Virus record (IMG/VR): IMGVR_UViG_3300035210_000132
Location: 156,596-199,134 of that record
Strand: one strand, 5' to 3'
Length of the DNA stretch: 42,539 nucleotides
Origin: a virus
Shown here: piece by piece, positions 32,082-41,938 of the stretch
How the letters are laid out: each line of letters starts with the position of its first letter
Numbering within the stretch: position 1 is the stretch's first letter
Program-made: the position numbers and the translations under genes
Notes under the pieces: generated by a model
What the model saw: the letters and a program-made list of their open reading frames with translations, nothing else
Told to the model about the DNA's origin: nothing
Databases searched by the model: none

Positions 32082-34292
32082 CTAGCTGGCTTCGCCTTGC
32101 TGCAGTGACCGCAGACCTTCGATGACCGACTCCATGCCTCGCATGGATCTCTCGATCGCACCTTCGTCGACCTGGGACATGCCCAGACGTGAGGCCACGA
32201 GAGTCTCGGCCAGCTTCTGCGAAGCCGAATCGAGCTCGGGCAAGTAGTTGGCGAAGGTGTTGATGTTGTCTGGATTCAGGAAGTTCAGAGACAGGACCTT
32301 GTCAGCCGTCTCTCCGTCTTCTAGAGCGGCAGCTTCCTTCACCAGGTTCTTCTTCAAGTGGTACGGGAAGCCCGCAAGGCTCTTGGCCGCCCGCTTCACC
32401 ATCTGCTTATGCACGTGAGCAAGAGGCACAATGGGCAGCATCCCACCAACTTTTACCAGACCTTGCTCCTGTGAGCGGCGAAGCACGTCACGAGCCTGGA
32501 ACTGGTTCAAGCCCATGCCTACGAGGAGAAACTCTGCCTCAGCATGCTTGAGGAACTGCTTCTGTTCCTTGGCGACCTTGTCTAGAGGTTGGCCTTGCAG
32601 AGAGAAGTCATCGTTCCCTGTAGAGGCCACGTTCACACTTGCCGGGGAGGCCTTGGCCTCCTGGATTTGCTCTACGTCTAGAGGTTGCTTGGCGAGGAAC
32701 AAGGGCTCGCCCTGAAGGGGGCACCAGTGGACGGTATCGGGAAGAGCATACTCATCATCACTGAGCTGATGGATCTCCTGGAGCCCTGGAGAGATAGAAA
32801 GCGAGACTGGCTCTCCGAACATGTTCTCGGCATGAAGCTGGACTCCTCCACTTGGGTCTTGTCCCTGAGCATGCACGACGACAGGCAGAAGGGCAGAGCT
32901 GACTCCGTTGACGTCACAGAGGACTGCCCCTTCTCCTTGTGCCTCACTGAGGTGAGTGGTTTGAGGGGGAGGCACTTCATCTTGTACAGGAGACCCGGCA
33001 ATCTCTTCTTGGACTGCGTAGCCTTGCTCCCCAATGAAGAGGAAGAGCCCCATCGGCTGCTCACTCATATCGACGACAGGGAAGACGTGGCCTACCATCT
33101 CCTCGTTGGTCTCCATGCTTTGAACCTTGTAGACACCTGCCTCCGTGACAGGCACGTAGCCACCAGGAGTAGGAGGGGTCATAGGCTTCTGGGTACCTAG
33201 AGTTGCAGTAGCCCCCGGCTGCATGCCTCCGACGTCATGGCCAGTCATCTGTGAGGCTTGCTCGGGACCCACTTCGCCTTCCTGCGGCATAAAGGCTCCG
33301 GAGTTGGCCCACTTGACCTTGAAATTGCCTGAGGCCAACTTCTGGATCTGCACCACAGTAGGCTTGATGCGATCTACGATCGCCTCGGCTGTCTTCTGCA
33401 GGGCCAGCGTAGGGGCCTGAGCAACTTTCATGGCCATCTCTGAAAATGTCGGGTTGGCAGCTGCTGCGTTACGGAGCTCCTTGTCCTCAGCAATCTGATC
33501 GACGAACTCGTCGGCATCCGTCTCTTGGATGGTGTCAGAGATAGCATCAAGAAGAGAAGAGCCCTTGGCCATGCCGTTCATGTTCGGGTTAGCCGCCGCT
33601 TCGGAGTGCATCCTGCTGATGTAGGCCCTTCTTGCCTGCTCTGCTGGAAGGGCTCCTGCGGTCTTGGTCTGGTCCATCAACTGATCGACAAGAGGAGCGG
33701 CCTTGTCGGCCAGGAGATGATACACTCTCGATTTGGGGGTGTTGAAGAGCGGCTTTCCCCGCAGAGGGTTCTCGTAGGCCTCGGCATCCTCAGCCATCTT
33801 GCCCATACCCATAGTATCGGATCCCAGAGAACCCATGCCATAGTTGGTGCGCATGGGAGGGTAGAGCTGGTCGGTCAAACCCTTGTCTGAAGGTTTGCGC
33901 ACCGAAGGCTCGAAGGTCGAAGTCCGGAAGAGCTTCTCCCTGACCCGCTTCTCTGTCAGGGGGTAAACCCCTTTGCCATCCATGAAGACATCAAAAGGAG
34001 CCAGCATCCGCTCCTTGACGATGATGGGGATGCGCAGCGTGGGTAGCTTCTCTTGATCTCCAGCAGGGGCCTGACTCTTGTTGGTGATCTGAGCTGAACC
34101 GAAGGCGAAGCCCTTTTCGGCATCGACCCGGTCAACGATCACATTGACAGCATAATCACCAAGGAAGGGTACCTGCTTGAATACCTCGGACGCGATCTCG
34201 CGCTGCCAGACTTCGGGAGAGTCCGAGAGCTTGACGGGCATCGCTACTTTGGTGAAGGTGAGCTTGTGATCGAGGAAAAGAGACACCGTCAT
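32082..34292 (-). CDS. Large hypothetical virion protein (736 aa). Baseplate hub-like or portal-like by size and context only.
   Basis: Complete ORF coupled by ATGA overlap to the spike gene upstream. No diagnostic motif. Confidence 0.45.
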   Translation of the reverse strand: MTVSLFLDHKLTFTKVAMPVKLSDSPEVWQREIASEVFKQVPFLGDYAVNVIVDRVDAEKGFAFGSAQITNKSQAPAGDQEKLPTLRIPIIVKERMLAPFDVFMDGKGVYPLTEKRVREKLFRTSTFEPSVRKPSDKGLTDQLYPPMRTNYGMGSLGSDTMGMGKMAEDAEAYENPLRGKPLFNTPKSRVYHLLADKAAPLVDQLMDQTKTAGALPAEQARRAYISRMHSEAAANPNMNGMAKGSSLLDAISDTIQETDADEFVDQIAEDKELRNAAAANPTFSEMAMKVAQAPTLALQKTAEAIVDRIKPTVVQIQKLASGNFKVKWANSGAFMPQEGEVGPEQASQMTGHDVGGMQPGATATLGTQKPMTPPTPGGYVPVTEAGVYKVQSMETNEEMVGHVFPVVDMSEQPMGLFLFIGEQGYAVQEEIAGSPVQDEVPPPQTTHLSEAQGEGAVLCDVNGVSSALLPVVVHAQGQDPSGGVQLHAENMFGEPVSLSISPGLQEIHQLSDDEYALPDTVHWCPLQGEPLFLAKQPLDVEQIQEAKASPASVNVASTGNDDFSLQGQPLDKVAKEQKQFLKHAEAEFLLVGMGLNQFQARDVLRRSQEQGLVKVGGMLPIVPLAHVHKQMVKRAAKSLAGFPYHLKKNLVKEAAALEDGETADKVLSLNFLNPDNINTFANYLPELDSASQKLAETLVASRLGMSQVDEGAIERSMRGMESVIEGLRSLQQGEAS

Positions 34293-35413
34293 GCTTTCAC
34301 GTCCTTGGACTTGTAGATAATGGGAGGAAGAAGAGCGGGGCTCTTGGCAGCCGGCCCGACACCTAGCAAGAGAGCCGTTACTTGGTTGATCCAGGCCGAG
34401 AGCTGCCCGTTATCGATCACCACCGGAGCCATAGCCGCTCCCAGTTGGACCGCGCCTCCTGACAAGGCAGCGCCACCACTACCGAGTACGAGCTGACCTG
34501 CACCACTAACTAAAGAGATAGTGGGAGCGCCAAAATTGGCGGCACTGCCTGCTGTGACTTTCAGGTCGGTGGCTACAGTCAACTTGGCGCTCTTCTTTAC
34601 CGTAGCAGACAGTTGGCCAGAGATAGCCAAGGTTACATCTCCCTCTACTGTCCAGTTGATGTCCCCGGCTTTAGAAATGGTGAGATTGGTCTTGACACTG
34701 CCGCCGCCGCTGTCTCGAGTAACGAGACTCAGGATAGTTTTACTACCTCCCCCATGGGAACCGATTTTCAGGACCGCCAGAGGGGCCTGGTTCGGGTCAT
34801 CGGCATGCTCTTTACAGGAGATCGTTAGGTGCGTGAGGCTCTTGCCATCGCCACTATCCTCGATACGGTCTACTTCCCAGCTCAAGTCCCCCCCAGGAGT
34901 GGTGAGCTGGTAGTTCTCAGCAAAGTCGCGGATGATATTCCTGATAGGGATATAGACCCGCTGGCAGATGGGAGTGGCTCCTATCTGGACGATCCCGCCT
35001 CGGCGTAGGTACAAGAAGTTCGCATCTCGGGTCGAGAGGTGCAAATCGCCACTGTTCAGGCGCTCACGACCACTTCGGTACGACCCCTTCTCGTGTACGG
35101 TGGTCCAGCCCAGGACAAAGGCATCACGACCCGTATCAGAGCTCTTGCACACCCAGCAAGTAGAGCCCAACTCAGGAGCGAAGTTGATGCCCTCGCCGTT
35201 GTTCTGGTGGACGTAGGGCACCATATACGGAATGTCATAGTGGCTTGAGTGGGGGTAGGCCTCGTAGCGAACCGCCACCGTGAAGTTACCGGTGTTGACC
35301 GCAATGATCTGAGCCCGATGAACCTCAGCAGGTTTCGCCCCAGGAGAGGCGGCTGACTCAGAACGAGGCGGGGTTACTCCTCCCGCTTTAGCTATCTCAG
35401 GGGATTCGGCCAT
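34289..35413 (-). CDS. Baseplate central spike protein (374 aa), P2 gpV / Mu gp45-like: N-terminal OB-fold plus C-terminal beta-helix needle.
   Basis: The N-terminal segment GNFTVAVRY...PELGSTCWVCKSSDTGRDAFVLGWTT fits the gpV OB-domain pattern (P.vGd.V.V.f..Gd....vlG). The C-terminal half is a repetitive short-strand Gly/Ser/Thr/Val beta-helix (VKTNLTISKAGDINWTVEGDVTLAISGQLSATVKKSAKLTVATDLKVTAGSA...). Confidence 0.5.
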   Translation of the reverse strand: MAESPEIAKAGGVTPPRSESAASPGAKPAEVHRAQIIAVNTGNFTVAVRYEAYPHSSHYDIPYMVPYVHQNNGEGINFAPELGSTCWVCKSSDTGRDAFVLGWTTVHEKGSYRSGRERLNSGDLHLSTRDANFLYLRRGGIVQIGATPICQRVYIPIRNIIRDFAENYQLTTPGGDLSWEVDRIEDSGDGKSLTHLTISCKEHADDPNQAPLAVLKIGSHGGGSKTILSLVTRDSGGGSVKTNLTISKAGDINWTVEGDVTLAISGQLSATVKKSAKLTVATDLKVTAGSAANFGAPTISLVSGAGQLVLGSGGAALSGGAVQLGAAMAPVVIDNGQLSAWINQVTALLLGVGPAAKSPALLPPIIYKSKDVKA

Positions 35414-35416
35414 GGC

Positions 35417-38400
35417 TTAATAGTAGTGCGGCCTTTCTTTCGTGCCCAAGCCAAATTCGCTCCCACGCGCGTAAGCTGGGATCGGGTTACTCCCGTGCAG
35501 GTCTGTCTTCCAACCCTTTGCCGTACCCTCGAGAAGAGTGTGACGGAGCTCCTGGAAATTCAGGCGGGCCAGCCAGTCTTCGTGCTGATCCCTAGCCATC
35601 TGCTCCGCTCCTCTCAGGATCGGTTCATGGAGGATAGGCTTGCCTCCAGACTTGAGGTTCTTGTTGAAGTCCTCGACCACGCTTCTCTGAGCAAAGTCTC
35701 CATGAAGATGCTCTGAGTCTCCTGGATCTTTCACCTGTGTGATGTTGGTCAAGGCGCGAACCACGGTTTCGATGTTACGCCGCTTTACCCGGGCATCCTT
35801 GTAGACCGAGGTGTGGAGCTGATCTGTCAGGAAGTTCTGCACTTGATGAATGTCAGTATACTTGAGGAGGTCTCTTGGATTAATAAGACCGTCAGAGAGA
35901 GCTTCGCCTTTCTTGACGTCCATCCCAGTTTTCAAGGGCTGTCCCTCATACATCGGCTCACGCTGGGCCGAGATGAAGTGCTTCTCTCCTCCCACAAAAA
36001 TGTTCCAGCCATTGGTGGCTATGTCTTTCTCTATCTTCTGGATAGGGCCAGAAGCGCGAGAAAGCACGGCGGCGTTGCGTAACACCTTGGGCATCTCGAG
36101 CAACTGATTCAAGCGATCGAACTTGGTCAAAGATCCCCCTCCCTTGGAAGAGGCCACACCACCTGTGTGGAAGCTATCCATGGCCAACTGGGTTGCGGGC
36201 TCTCCCATGGCATGCCCAGCAATGACCCCAATGTTGGCACCCACCTCGTGAGTGTTCCCACTCTCGTTGAGGCCGTAACACTTGGCGCAAATGCCTTGGT
36301 GGTGAGCACACTTCAGAGGAGAGCGCACCACCACTTTGTCGATGTTGTGCTTCTTGAGAGTGGCTAGTAGGTTGCCGTCTATCAAAGACCCTGCTGCGAT
36401 GCTCTGGCCTCCGGGAAGCTTCACAGGAGCCGCCAAGTAGCGATCGGCGACGTCGTCCTCGGAGGTATGCAGCATGATGCCTTGGGTAGTGCCGCAGTCC
36501 TTGGACTCGATCATGTTGGGGATGACAACGTTGACAATTTCCTTGGTCAAACGCCCAGGCTCCGAGGTCCCTTCTACCTTCTGGATAGTGCCCTTGCGTG
36601 CTCCATGCATGGCCGTCCAGTAGTCTCCTGTGTCCAGGCCCTCAGAGTAAGACTTCTTCACAGGCGTAGTAAGCACATTCCCTAAAGCATCTTGCATGAG
36701 CATTGGAGCGATCGTCATCTGACGAAACTGGTCCATACTGCTACGTGCCCCAGAGTTCACCATCATGTAGGCATTGTTCTGAGACTTCTCGAAGAGAGGT
36801 CGTGTGTCCCTGACCATGTCCGAGGTAGCCTGTGTGTAGATGCCTATGACACGTTCTTTCTTCTGCTCGGGAGCAAGCTTGCTGTCACTGTGTATCTTGG
36901 CCACTTCGGCGTCGGCCTTGCGCAGAATGGCGTCACGGATTTCTTTGTGAACAGTCAAGTCGCTAAGGTTCAAGGTCGACCCCAGCTCGTAGCTGTACTG
37001 GTTACCTAGATTCTTCAGGTTATCAACAGTGACGGGGAAGTTCTTCGGGTCTTCCTTGGCAATGCGCCCTAGTAAGTTGTGCACCCCAAAACGCTTCTCG
37101 TCTTTCTTGTCTGTACGCTTGACGAACACGAAGTTAGGGTCTTGGAACAGACCGATGATCGCCGGGTCATGGCGAATTGATTCTGGTAGGTGCTCAGAGA
37201 TCAACTCGCGCCCTAGGGTAGTCTTCTTGCTTGCGATGCTCACTACGTCGTTGACGTGCAAAGCGCTCTGCGCTTGTGCCTTCTTGGCTTCTGCTAGCGT
37301 ATGAAAGCTCTTCCCTGTCTCCTTGCCCCACTTCGAGAGCATGTGCAGCCCTAGCATTGACTCGTGGTCAGGCGCATACATGATCCCGCCTGTGGTGCTG
37401 GAGAACAAGTTGTTCGACGGAAACATCTTGTGCGCCTCTTTGACGGCATCGTCCCCAAGGGGAACGAAGGCAGACATAGCATCGCCATCAAAGTCAGCGT
37501 TGTAGCCCGTGCATACCAGGGGATGGATCTTGATGGCTCGGCCTTCTACCAGCTTGGGCTTGAAGGCCATAACCCCAAACTTGTGGAGCACGGGGTCGCG
37601 CTTGAGTAGAATGGGCCGTTTGTCCATCGCTGCTTGCAGGGAGTGCCATGCAATCTTGGAACCTTGCTTGATCTCTTTCAGGGCCTGAATCGGGTCGTAG
37701 CCACTGAACTGCATCTCCCTGACCACGAACGGCTTGTAGAGCTCCATCGCTGAGTCTTTCGGGATGCCTACGTGATCCAGATCCATAGAAGGTTCTGGGA
37801 TGATGGTCGAGCGCATCGATAGCTCTTGCCGTCGCTTCATGAGCTTCTTCTGGAAGTAACCTTCTTTGGGAGAGGTCCCAGAAATGGTGTCCAGAATGCC
37901 CTTCATCTTGCGGTTGGACTCGTAGAGGGGCTTACCTCCAGGAAGTCCAGCTAGACCTCGGGTGTACTCGTAGAGATCTTCCCTGAGATCCTTCAGGCCC
38001 TCGTCGCCGAGCTCCTTCGGGGCCTCTTTGTACTGCTTGATGACGTGCCCGAGCGACTTGTAGTAGTAGTTGATGTCGTCTGGACGGAGGGCTCCGTCTG
38101 GCATGGGGACGATGGGGCGGTAGACAGGAGGCAGAACAGGTATGTGGTTCAGCATGTAAGCCTCCGTTGGCTTCATGCCGATACCGTCCAGGGCTTGCAG
38201 GAACTTGGTCTTGCGGTTGGCTTTGTCTAGCTGTGAGCCGCGAAGAGAGCCTAGGCTGGCCTTAACCTTTACCAGCTCCTCCTTGACGTTGATCTTCGCC
38301 AAGAGGCTATTGATCGCTGCCCCTCCGGTCTTGCCATCGATAGAAGTGTGGCCTCTAGCTATTTCCTCGAACTCATCGAACTTAAGACCCGTAAGAACAA

Positions 38401-41400
38401 CAGCTGGACCAGGGTGCTTGTTAGTCCCAACAAAGACCGGGTTAGGGACCGGCTCTGGGAGCGATATATGTGACCACTTAAGTCCCTTCCCCACATCATT
38501 TGGCAGCCCTCCTGTGATCTTGGGGTCAAAGAGACCCCTCTCCAGTTCCTTGGCATCTTTGCCTCGAAGCACGCGTCCGGCGTCTAGCAACTGGCCATTC
38601 GACATGGAGAGAATACCACTGTCTGTCAAAGGCTGGAGGACCAAACTGTTGCCCTCCTTTTTGACATTGACCCCTAGCCCGGTAAGCATCGCCTCGAACT
38701 TCTTGTAGGCGAAGGGGATCTGGGGAGGGGGAAGGGGTTGGCCGGTCTGCACCCGCTGCCAGAAATCGATGTGCTCTGCTGGGTTGTTACGATCTCCTGT
38801 ATGCTGCTCTGCCTTGTAGGTGGCCATCTCGCGAAGGTTAGCTCGAGCTCCGTGAGCCAGCATCGCATAGAGCTCTAACTGGCCCATTGCCTGTCCAGGG
38901 TGCTCGGCCCCTGTGCCCTTCGGAGATCTGTCCAACGAGTAGTTAGGCCCGTTGGAGCGTACCGACATCTTCTTCTCGACCTGATGCTTGAGCTTGAGGA
39001 TGTACTGGTTGCCTTGAAAGATCTCCCCTAACTTCTTGCCAGTGGCCCCATCGAACAAGGTCTCGGTGTCTGAAATGTTGTGGGCCTTGAGCTCATCTTT
39101 GATCTTCTGGGTATAGTCGGTACCATCACCGCTGAAGTTCTGGATGAGGTAGGGCTTTCCTGTCTTCTGCGCGATCTTGGCAGCAGCTGTCTCGAGAAGC
39201 TGACCTAGGTTGATGCGAGAAGACACCCCCGAAGGGTTGAGCAGCATCTGGACGTGCTCCCCATCAGGGCCACCGATGCGGGGCATCTCGTGATCGGGGA
39301 TGATCTTCGTGATGATACCTTTGTTGCCATGACGACCTACGATCTTGTCGCCAATCTCCGTGGGCTCTAGGGTCTTGACATGAACCGTGACTTCTTTGCC
39401 GTTCGGGTTCTTCGTGACCTTGACGACTTCTCCTTCGTGCTGGTTGTCCCAGACCACGGACTTGTCCCGGATGGCGAAGAGCTTCTTGTCTAGGCGGCTA
39501 ACGGCGCGAGCGCTCTCGCCTGTAAGATCTCGCTTGCCTATAGCAGCAAGCAAAACATCACCAGGCATGACCTTCTGTCCTACTTGAATCACCCCATCAT
39601 CACCAAGCTTGTTCATCTGCTCTTTGGTGAGTTGGCTAGCTGTAGTCGAGGCGAAGGCGACGAACTTCTTCTTGTCGAGGAAGTCTTTCTCCGGATCGAT
39701 CTCGATGCTGTGCCGGTGCACGTGCTCCGAGGTCAGCTTCTTGGCCCCTGACTCGGAGATGACCACCCCGTCCTCGAAGTTGTAGCCTTTGTAGGGCATG
39801 TAAGCGACGCGAATGTTGGTACCTAGAGAAAGCACACCATCCTTGGTGAAGTTCGAGTCAGCGATGACCTGGCCCTTCTTCACAGCATCACCAACCTTCA
39901 CATTCAGGTCGGAGTGCATACAGGTCTTCGTGTCATTCAGGGGGAAGTGGTTGTAGACCTGTATCTCATGCTTCTTGCCATCATGACTCTGAAGCACTAA
40001 CGAGGAAGGATAGCCGTTAACGGGGTCTTTCTTGATGGCTGCCACGTGACCATCGAAGGGGGACTCGTGGGACCAAGGAGTGCCAACGATCCTTTCCCAG
40101 GATTGGCCAGAGCCTGATTTGACCTGTACTTGAGGCTGCTCCCGATAGTGCAGACCGATGGCCTGGGACAGCTGCTTCGAGGCCACCATGGTACGATTGC
40201 CTTGATCGTTCTGCAGGAACGGGATGAGATTGGTGCTCTCATCGAAGAGCTGGTTCGCTGACATGAGCACGTAGCGTCCCTGGGAGAAGGGCTTCTCTAC
40301 GATCTCGTGGGTCTTTGGGTCCTGCATCTTGACTGCGGAAGCTATCGGGGTCGGTTTGCCCTTCACCCACTTCACCTGGTCAGGAAGGACGATCTGTCCT
40401 GTGTGCAGCTCTGCGGGAGTGACTCGTATCTGCTTACCGGTCTGCAGGTCGTGTACGAGGGTGGTGACCTCGTTGCCTTCTTTACGAACTCCTAGAGGTA
40501 GGTGCAGGGTGATCCCAGTACGACCATCAGGAGTGTGCACTGGATCAAGAAAGCCAAGATGCGAAGGGTCGATGATCTGCATCTCCGCCGTGACCGTCTG
40601 CTCGTTCTTGATGCCGCCTTCATCGGGAGCGATAATGGTAGTGACTCGGTGGTTCGACAGCATCTCCAGGGGATTGACCTGTTCTGGGGTCCTGGCTGTC
40701 TGGGACTTGGAAAAGTACTCGTGGATCGGTTTGGCGAAGAACTCCCCCGCGATGATGTCGCGTACTTTGACTTGCCGATCTATGTTGTTGCTGACCTTCT
40801 GCCGAATGGCAGCTTTGGTCTGAGGCTTGACTAGCTTCTCGTGCAAGAAGTCATCGAGAGAGTGCAGCTGCTTGAAGATGAGAGAATCGCGATTGTCCTG
40901 AGGGATATCCCCACGAGCCACCTCGAGGATACGCTTGGAAGCTAAAAGAAGAGCCTCCCCGGTCACACTGGTGATGGGCTTACCCAGAGTTGCCTTGGTG
41001 GTCTCAGGCAACAGCTTGGCTGCATCAAAAGTAGACCAGATAGCCGCTAGCTTGTCATCGTGCTTGTCAGATACGGCCTTGACTCCTCGAGTGGCCATCT
41101 TGTCGTAGAGGTCAGAAGCTTGTTGCTGGACTTGCTTGTCGTTCTTGAGGTTGGCCTTGTAAATCGCATCGCCCCAAGTCTTCTTCATCTCCTCATCGGA
41201 GACCCCGAGGTTTCTGAGCATGGAGTACAACGGGTAGTTGCTGCTCTCGAACTTGAGGTGGAAAGACTTCTTCTCGGGATCGAAAGGGATGTATACTCTC
41301 GAGGACTTGGCGAGGGGGGTGGCCAAGTTGAACTCAGCCTGCATCTTGCCGTTTTGCTTGATGTGAGCGTAGACCCCAGAGCGTAGTCGCCAGACGTTGT

Positions 41401-41734
41401 CGACCTGCTTCTCCGTGCCATTGACGATGTAGCTGTAGCGCTGAGTGGGCTTGGGCAAGGTGAAGAGCTTGATCTTCTGCCTATCGATCTCCTTTCCTGT
41501 CTCTTTATCAACAAGCCCCACCTCACCATAGACCGTTGCCCCCCAAGTGCGGCCAAGGGCCTTGGCTTCTTCTTGTGACTTGAGATCGGCAGTTACTGCG
41601 CCCTTCTCATCAAAAGAAATATCGTGAAGGACAAGAGAGTTTTTACGACCCTCGATAGGAAAGTTCTCCTTGATGCCCGCGCTGACGCGAGTGCGGAGAT
41701 CTTCCCAGGTTTTGTCAATTAGACTTAAAGCCAC
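35417..41734 (-). CDS. rpoBC: Single-chain multisubunit-type RNA polymerase (2105 aa): bacterial beta homolog (residues ~1-1000) fused in-frame to a beta-prime homolog (~1001-2105). The beta-prime N-terminal zinc-finger region is absent.
   Basis: Beta motifs read directly: YIVNGTEKQV, LNPSGVSSRINLGQLLET, GDKIVGRHGNKGIITKI (GRHGNKG at 39317-39337), YILKLKHQVEKKMSVRSNGPNYSLDRSP...GQLELYAMLAHGARANLREM. Beta-prime motifs: MLNHIPVLPPVYRPIVPMPDG, RSTIIPEPSMDLDHVGIPKDSAMELYKPFV, PILLKRDPVLHKFGVMAFKPKLVEGRAIKIHPLVCTGYNADFDGDAMSAFVPL (NADFDGD at 37481-37501), and the C-terminal Zn site CGTTQG...CAHHQGICAKCYG. GTG start with AGGAG 7 nt upstream. Confidence 0.93.
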   Translation of the reverse strand: MALSLIDKTWEDLRTRVSAGIKENFPIEGRKNSLVLHDISFDEKGAVTADLKSQEEAKALGRTWGATVYGEVGLVDKETGKEIDRQKIKLFTLPKPTQRYSYIVNGTEKQVDNVWRLRSGVYAHIKQNGKMQAEFNLATPLAKSSRVYIPFDPEKKSFHLKFESSNYPLYSMLRNLGVSDEEMKKTWGDAIYKANLKNDKQVQQQASDLYDKMATRGVKAVSDKHDDKLAAIWSTFDAAKLLPETTKATLGKPITSVTGEALLLASKRILEVARGDIPQDNRDSLIFKQLHSLDDFLHEKLVKPQTKAAIRQKVSNNIDRQVKVRDIIAGEFFAKPIHEYFSKSQTARTPEQVNPLEMLSNHRVTTIIAPDEGGIKNEQTVTAEMQIIDPSHLGFLDPVHTPDGRTGITLHLPLGVRKEGNEVTTLVHDLQTGKQIRVTPAELHTGQIVLPDQVKWVKGKPTPIASAVKMQDPKTHEIVEKPFSQGRYVLMSANQLFDESTNLIPFLQNDQGNRTMVASKQLSQAIGLHYREQPQVQVKSGSGQSWERIVGTPWSHESPFDGHVAAIKKDPVNGYPSSLVLQSHDGKKHEIQVYNHFPLNDTKTCMHSDLNVKVGDAVKKGQVIADSNFTKDGVLSLGTNIRVAYMPYKGYNFEDGVVISESGAKKLTSEHVHRHSIEIDPEKDFLDKKKFVAFASTTASQLTKEQMNKLGDDGVIQVGQKVMPGDVLLAAIGKRDLTGESARAVSRLDKKLFAIRDKSVVWDNQHEGEVVKVTKNPNGKEVTVHVKTLEPTEIGDKIVGRHGNKGIITKIIPDHEMPRIGGPDGEHVQMLLNPSGVSSRINLGQLLETAAAKIAQKTGKPYLIQNFSGDGTDYTQKIKDELKAHNISDTETLFDGATGKKLGEIFQGNQYILKLKHQVEKKMSVRSNGPNYSLDRSPKGTGAEHPGQAMGQLELYAMLAHGARANLREMATYKAEQHTGDRNNPAEHIDFWQRVQTGQPLPPPQIPFAYKKFEAMLTGLGVNVKKEGNSLVLQPLTDSGILSMSNGQLLDAGRVLRGKDAKELERGLFDPKITGGLPNDVGKGLKWSHISLPEPVPNPVFVGTNKHPGPAVVLTGLKFDEFEEIARGHTSIDGKTGGAAINSLLAKINVKEELVKVKASLGSLRGSQLDKANRKTKFLQALDGIGMKPTEAYMLNHIPVLPPVYRPIVPMPDGALRPDDINYYYKSLGHVIKQYKEAPKELGDEGLKDLREDLYEYTRGLAGLPGGKPLYESNRKMKGILDTISGTSPKEGYFQKKLMKRRQELSMRSTIIPEPSMDLDHVGIPKDSAMELYKPFVVREMQFSGYDPIQALKEIKQGSKIAWHSLQAAMDKRPILLKRDPVLHKFGVMAFKPKLVEGRAIKIHPLVCTGYNADFDGDAMSAFVPLGDDAVKEAHKMFPSNNLFSSTTGGIMYAPDHESMLGLHMLSKWGKETGKSFHTLAEAKKAQAQSALHVNDVVSIASKKTTLGRELISEHLPESIRHDPAIIGLFQDPNFVFVKRTDKKDEKRFGVHNLLGRIAKEDPKNFPVTVDNLKNLGNQYSYELGSTLNLSDLTVHKEIRDAILRKADAEVAKIHSDSKLAPEQKKERVIGIYTQATSDMVRDTRPLFEKSQNNAYMMVNSGARSSMDQFRQMTIAPMLMQDALGNVLTTPVKKSYSEGLDTGDYWTAMHGARKGTIQKVEGTSEPGRLTKEIVNVVIPNMIESKDCGTTQGIMLHTSEDDVADRYLAAPVKLPGGQSIAAGSLIDGNLLATLKKHNIDKVVVRSPLKCAHHQGICAKCYGLNESGNTHEVGANIGVIAGHAMGEPATQLAMDSFHTGGVASSKGGGSLTKFDRLNQLLEMPKVLRNAAVLSRASGPIQKIEKDIATNGWNIFVGGEKHFISAQREPMYEGQPLKTGMDVKKGEALSDGLINPRDLLKYTDIHQVQNFLTDQLHTSVYKDARVKRRNIETVVRALTNITQVKDPGDSEHLHGDFAQRSVVEDFNKNLKSGGKPILHEPILRGAEQMARDQHEDWLARLNFQELRHTLLEGTAKGWKTDLHGSNPIPAYARGSEFGLGTKERPHYY

Positions 41735-41898
41735 CCGTGCGCTCCTGCTGTGAGGTTCCGGTTATGTACGAGGTCGAACAGCCCTACATCTAAGCGCTAA
41801 GACGATCCTCGGGCCGCTTCGACCAATATCAGAGTAGGTGTAAGCCGTCGTGGGAGTCAACAAAAACAAAGACTTTTATGTCATAAGTAGACTGAACT

Positions 41899-41920
41899 AC
41901 CCTCTACATAGTGGGTAGTT
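41899..41920. promoter_or_regulatory. Inverted repeat CTACCC-(10 nt)-GGGTAG in the divergent region upstream of the RNAP operon. Candidate operator.
   Basis: Read directly (ctaccctctacatagtgggtag). Lies within the ~470-nt non-coding gap between the RNAP start and the rightward genes. Confidence 0.35.
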
Positions 41921-41938
41921 GGAAAGGTCAGAGCGCAG

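Noticed and set aside
35417-41734. Possibility that the RNAP is simply the host chromosomal rpoB-rpoC
   Set aside because: It is one continuous ORF, about 640 aa shorter than beta plus beta-prime, and lacks the beta-prime N-terminal zinc finger. It is followed within 3 nt by a baseplate spike gene rather than by host genes.
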